The notes under the pieces are model-generated. The model was not told the DNA's origin. It ran no database searches and saw only the letters and a list, made by a program, of their open reading frames with translations. This document shows positions 27,300 through 28,390 of a DNA stretch of 28,390 nucleotides, piece by piece. Made by a program: the position numbers and the translations under genes. The DNA comes from a virus (taxonomy: Duplodnaviria > Caudoviricetes). Position 1 is the stretch's first letter; every line of letters begins with the position of its first letter. The stretch is taken from positions 1 to 28,390 of IMG/VR virus record IMGVR_UViG_3300032327_000822. One strand, 5' to 3'.

Positions 27300-27330
27300 T
27301 AAAACTTTATTAAAAAAATAAATTATAATA

Positions 27331-28350
27331 TCATAGTTGGGCTTCTTTCATTATAAGCTGTTTTGCTACATCATAAGATACTTCATATTTTTTTGTTTTA
27401 CTAGTATTATCTTTTATAATATCTAATTCAGAACAATATACTATAAAGTTTTTAAGATCATTTTGAGTACAAGCTAATTTTTGATTTTTTATTAATAAAA
27501 TCATTTTATTTGCAGATATAGTTTGATCTCCTATTTGTTTTTTCCCATTTTGATAATATAATTTTAATAGCTCTAAATTAAGCATTAATTGTTTATATTT
27601 AGGAGTATTTAATAAAACTTTAGTTTCATTATAAGATCCTAAAGTATAAAATGAATTAAAACCAACACCTAATATAATAATAAATTCTAAAAAGAAAGTC
27701 ATAAATAAAAATGCACTATCATTTTCTTTATTTTTTTCTAATACTATTTGTGATTTATTTTCAGTTTTATTTTCTATATTAAATAGTTCTGCTTCTTTTT
27801 TTAATTGAATAGATGTTACTATTGAGTCTCTATATTTTCTATCTTGTTTATTTTGGGATGGCTGGAGTCTATAATATTCTATTTCTTTTTCATAGTATCT
27901 GGATATAGAATCTTTTTTATGTACAATATCATCGTCTACTTTATTTATAATAGTACTTGTATTGTCTATTAATCTATGGGCTCCATTTATAGATAAATAA
28001 AAAGACCCAGCAATTAATAATAGCGATACTACTAATCCTAATATAGTTTCTGATGTTAATTTTTTTATTTGTAAAATAGACATAGAAAACTGCTCTACTA
28101 CAAATCTTTTTGTTAATTCATATCCTAATAAAAATAATCCTATAAAAATAGATAAAAATACATTTTGATATGGAAATAAATTAGGTAAAGTATCTACTAT
28201 GGATTTTATAAAAAAATATCCAAAATATATTAAAAAGATATTTCCTAAAAAAGAAAAGTAATAAAGTATTTTATTTAAACTATAAAAATTTTTTTCTAAT
28301 TTAAGTACTTCTATTCTTGTTTTTAGTTTTTCGTATTTTTCTATTTGCAT
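27331..28350 (-). CDS. Membrane protein (three TM, coiled coil, one TM, soluble C-terminal domain)
   Basis: Hydrophobic segments flank a charged helical region. Confidence 0.7.
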   Translation of the reverse strand: MQIEKYEKLKTRIEVLKLEKNFYSLNKILYYFSFLGNIFLIYFGYFFIKSIVDTLPNLFPYQNVFLSIFIGLFLLGYELTKRFVVEQFSMSILQIKKLTSETILGLVVSLLLIAGSFYLSINGAHRLIDNTSTIINKVDDDIVHKKDSISRYYEKEIEYYRLQPSQNKQDRKYRDSIVTSIQLKKEAELFNIENKTENKSQIVLEKNKENDSAFLFMTFFLEFIIILGVGFNSFYTLGSYNETKVLLNTPKYKQLMLNLELLKLYYQNGKKQIGDQTISANKMILLIKNQKLACTQNDLKNFIVYCSELDIIKDNTSKTKKYEVSYDVAKQLIMKEAQL

Positions 28351-28390
28351 AACTACTTTTTATTATAAGGCACTAATTTATTTAATTTAT

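Noticed and set aside
1-28390. Bacterial chromosome origin (groESL, polA, O-antigen-like genes); tRNA, rRNA or IS elements
   Set aside because: PolA lacks the 5'-3' exonuclease, the gene mix and orphan density are phage-like, and no polysaccharide export genes are present. No RNA genes or transposases were recognised by eye.

Overview
Very AT-rich, densely packed window in which every credible gene lies on the minus strand. It reads as part of a large (jumbo/huge) dsDNA phage genome, probably infecting Bacteroidota: TAnnTTTG-type promoter boxes are present and Shine-Dalgarno motifs are not evident. In transcription order (right to left) it contains a membrane protein, a family A DNA polymerase, a WC-motif/repeat protein, and a chaperone operon (hsp20, small ORF, groES, groEL) closed by a UUCG terminator. 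Next is a nucleotide/DNA-modification cluster: a T4 beta-glucosyltransferase-like N-domain fused to an SGNH domain, an aGPT-Pplase/amino acid:DNA transferase-like protein, a PLP fold-II enzyme, three all-alpha NTP-pyrophosphatase-like proteins, a dCMP deaminase and a T4 gp42-like dCMP hydroxymethylase. It is followed by a Cas4/RecB-like nuclease, a RHH protein and a ~13 kb glycosylation cluster. The best novelty candidate is a possible cytosine (5hmC)-based amino-acid hypermodification pathway in which a BGT-SGNH fusion may replace the DNA kinase of known thymidine pathways. The second is a long-range inverted plus direct repeat element bracketing hsp20. All family assignments come from motif recognition by eye and from memory; no searches were run.
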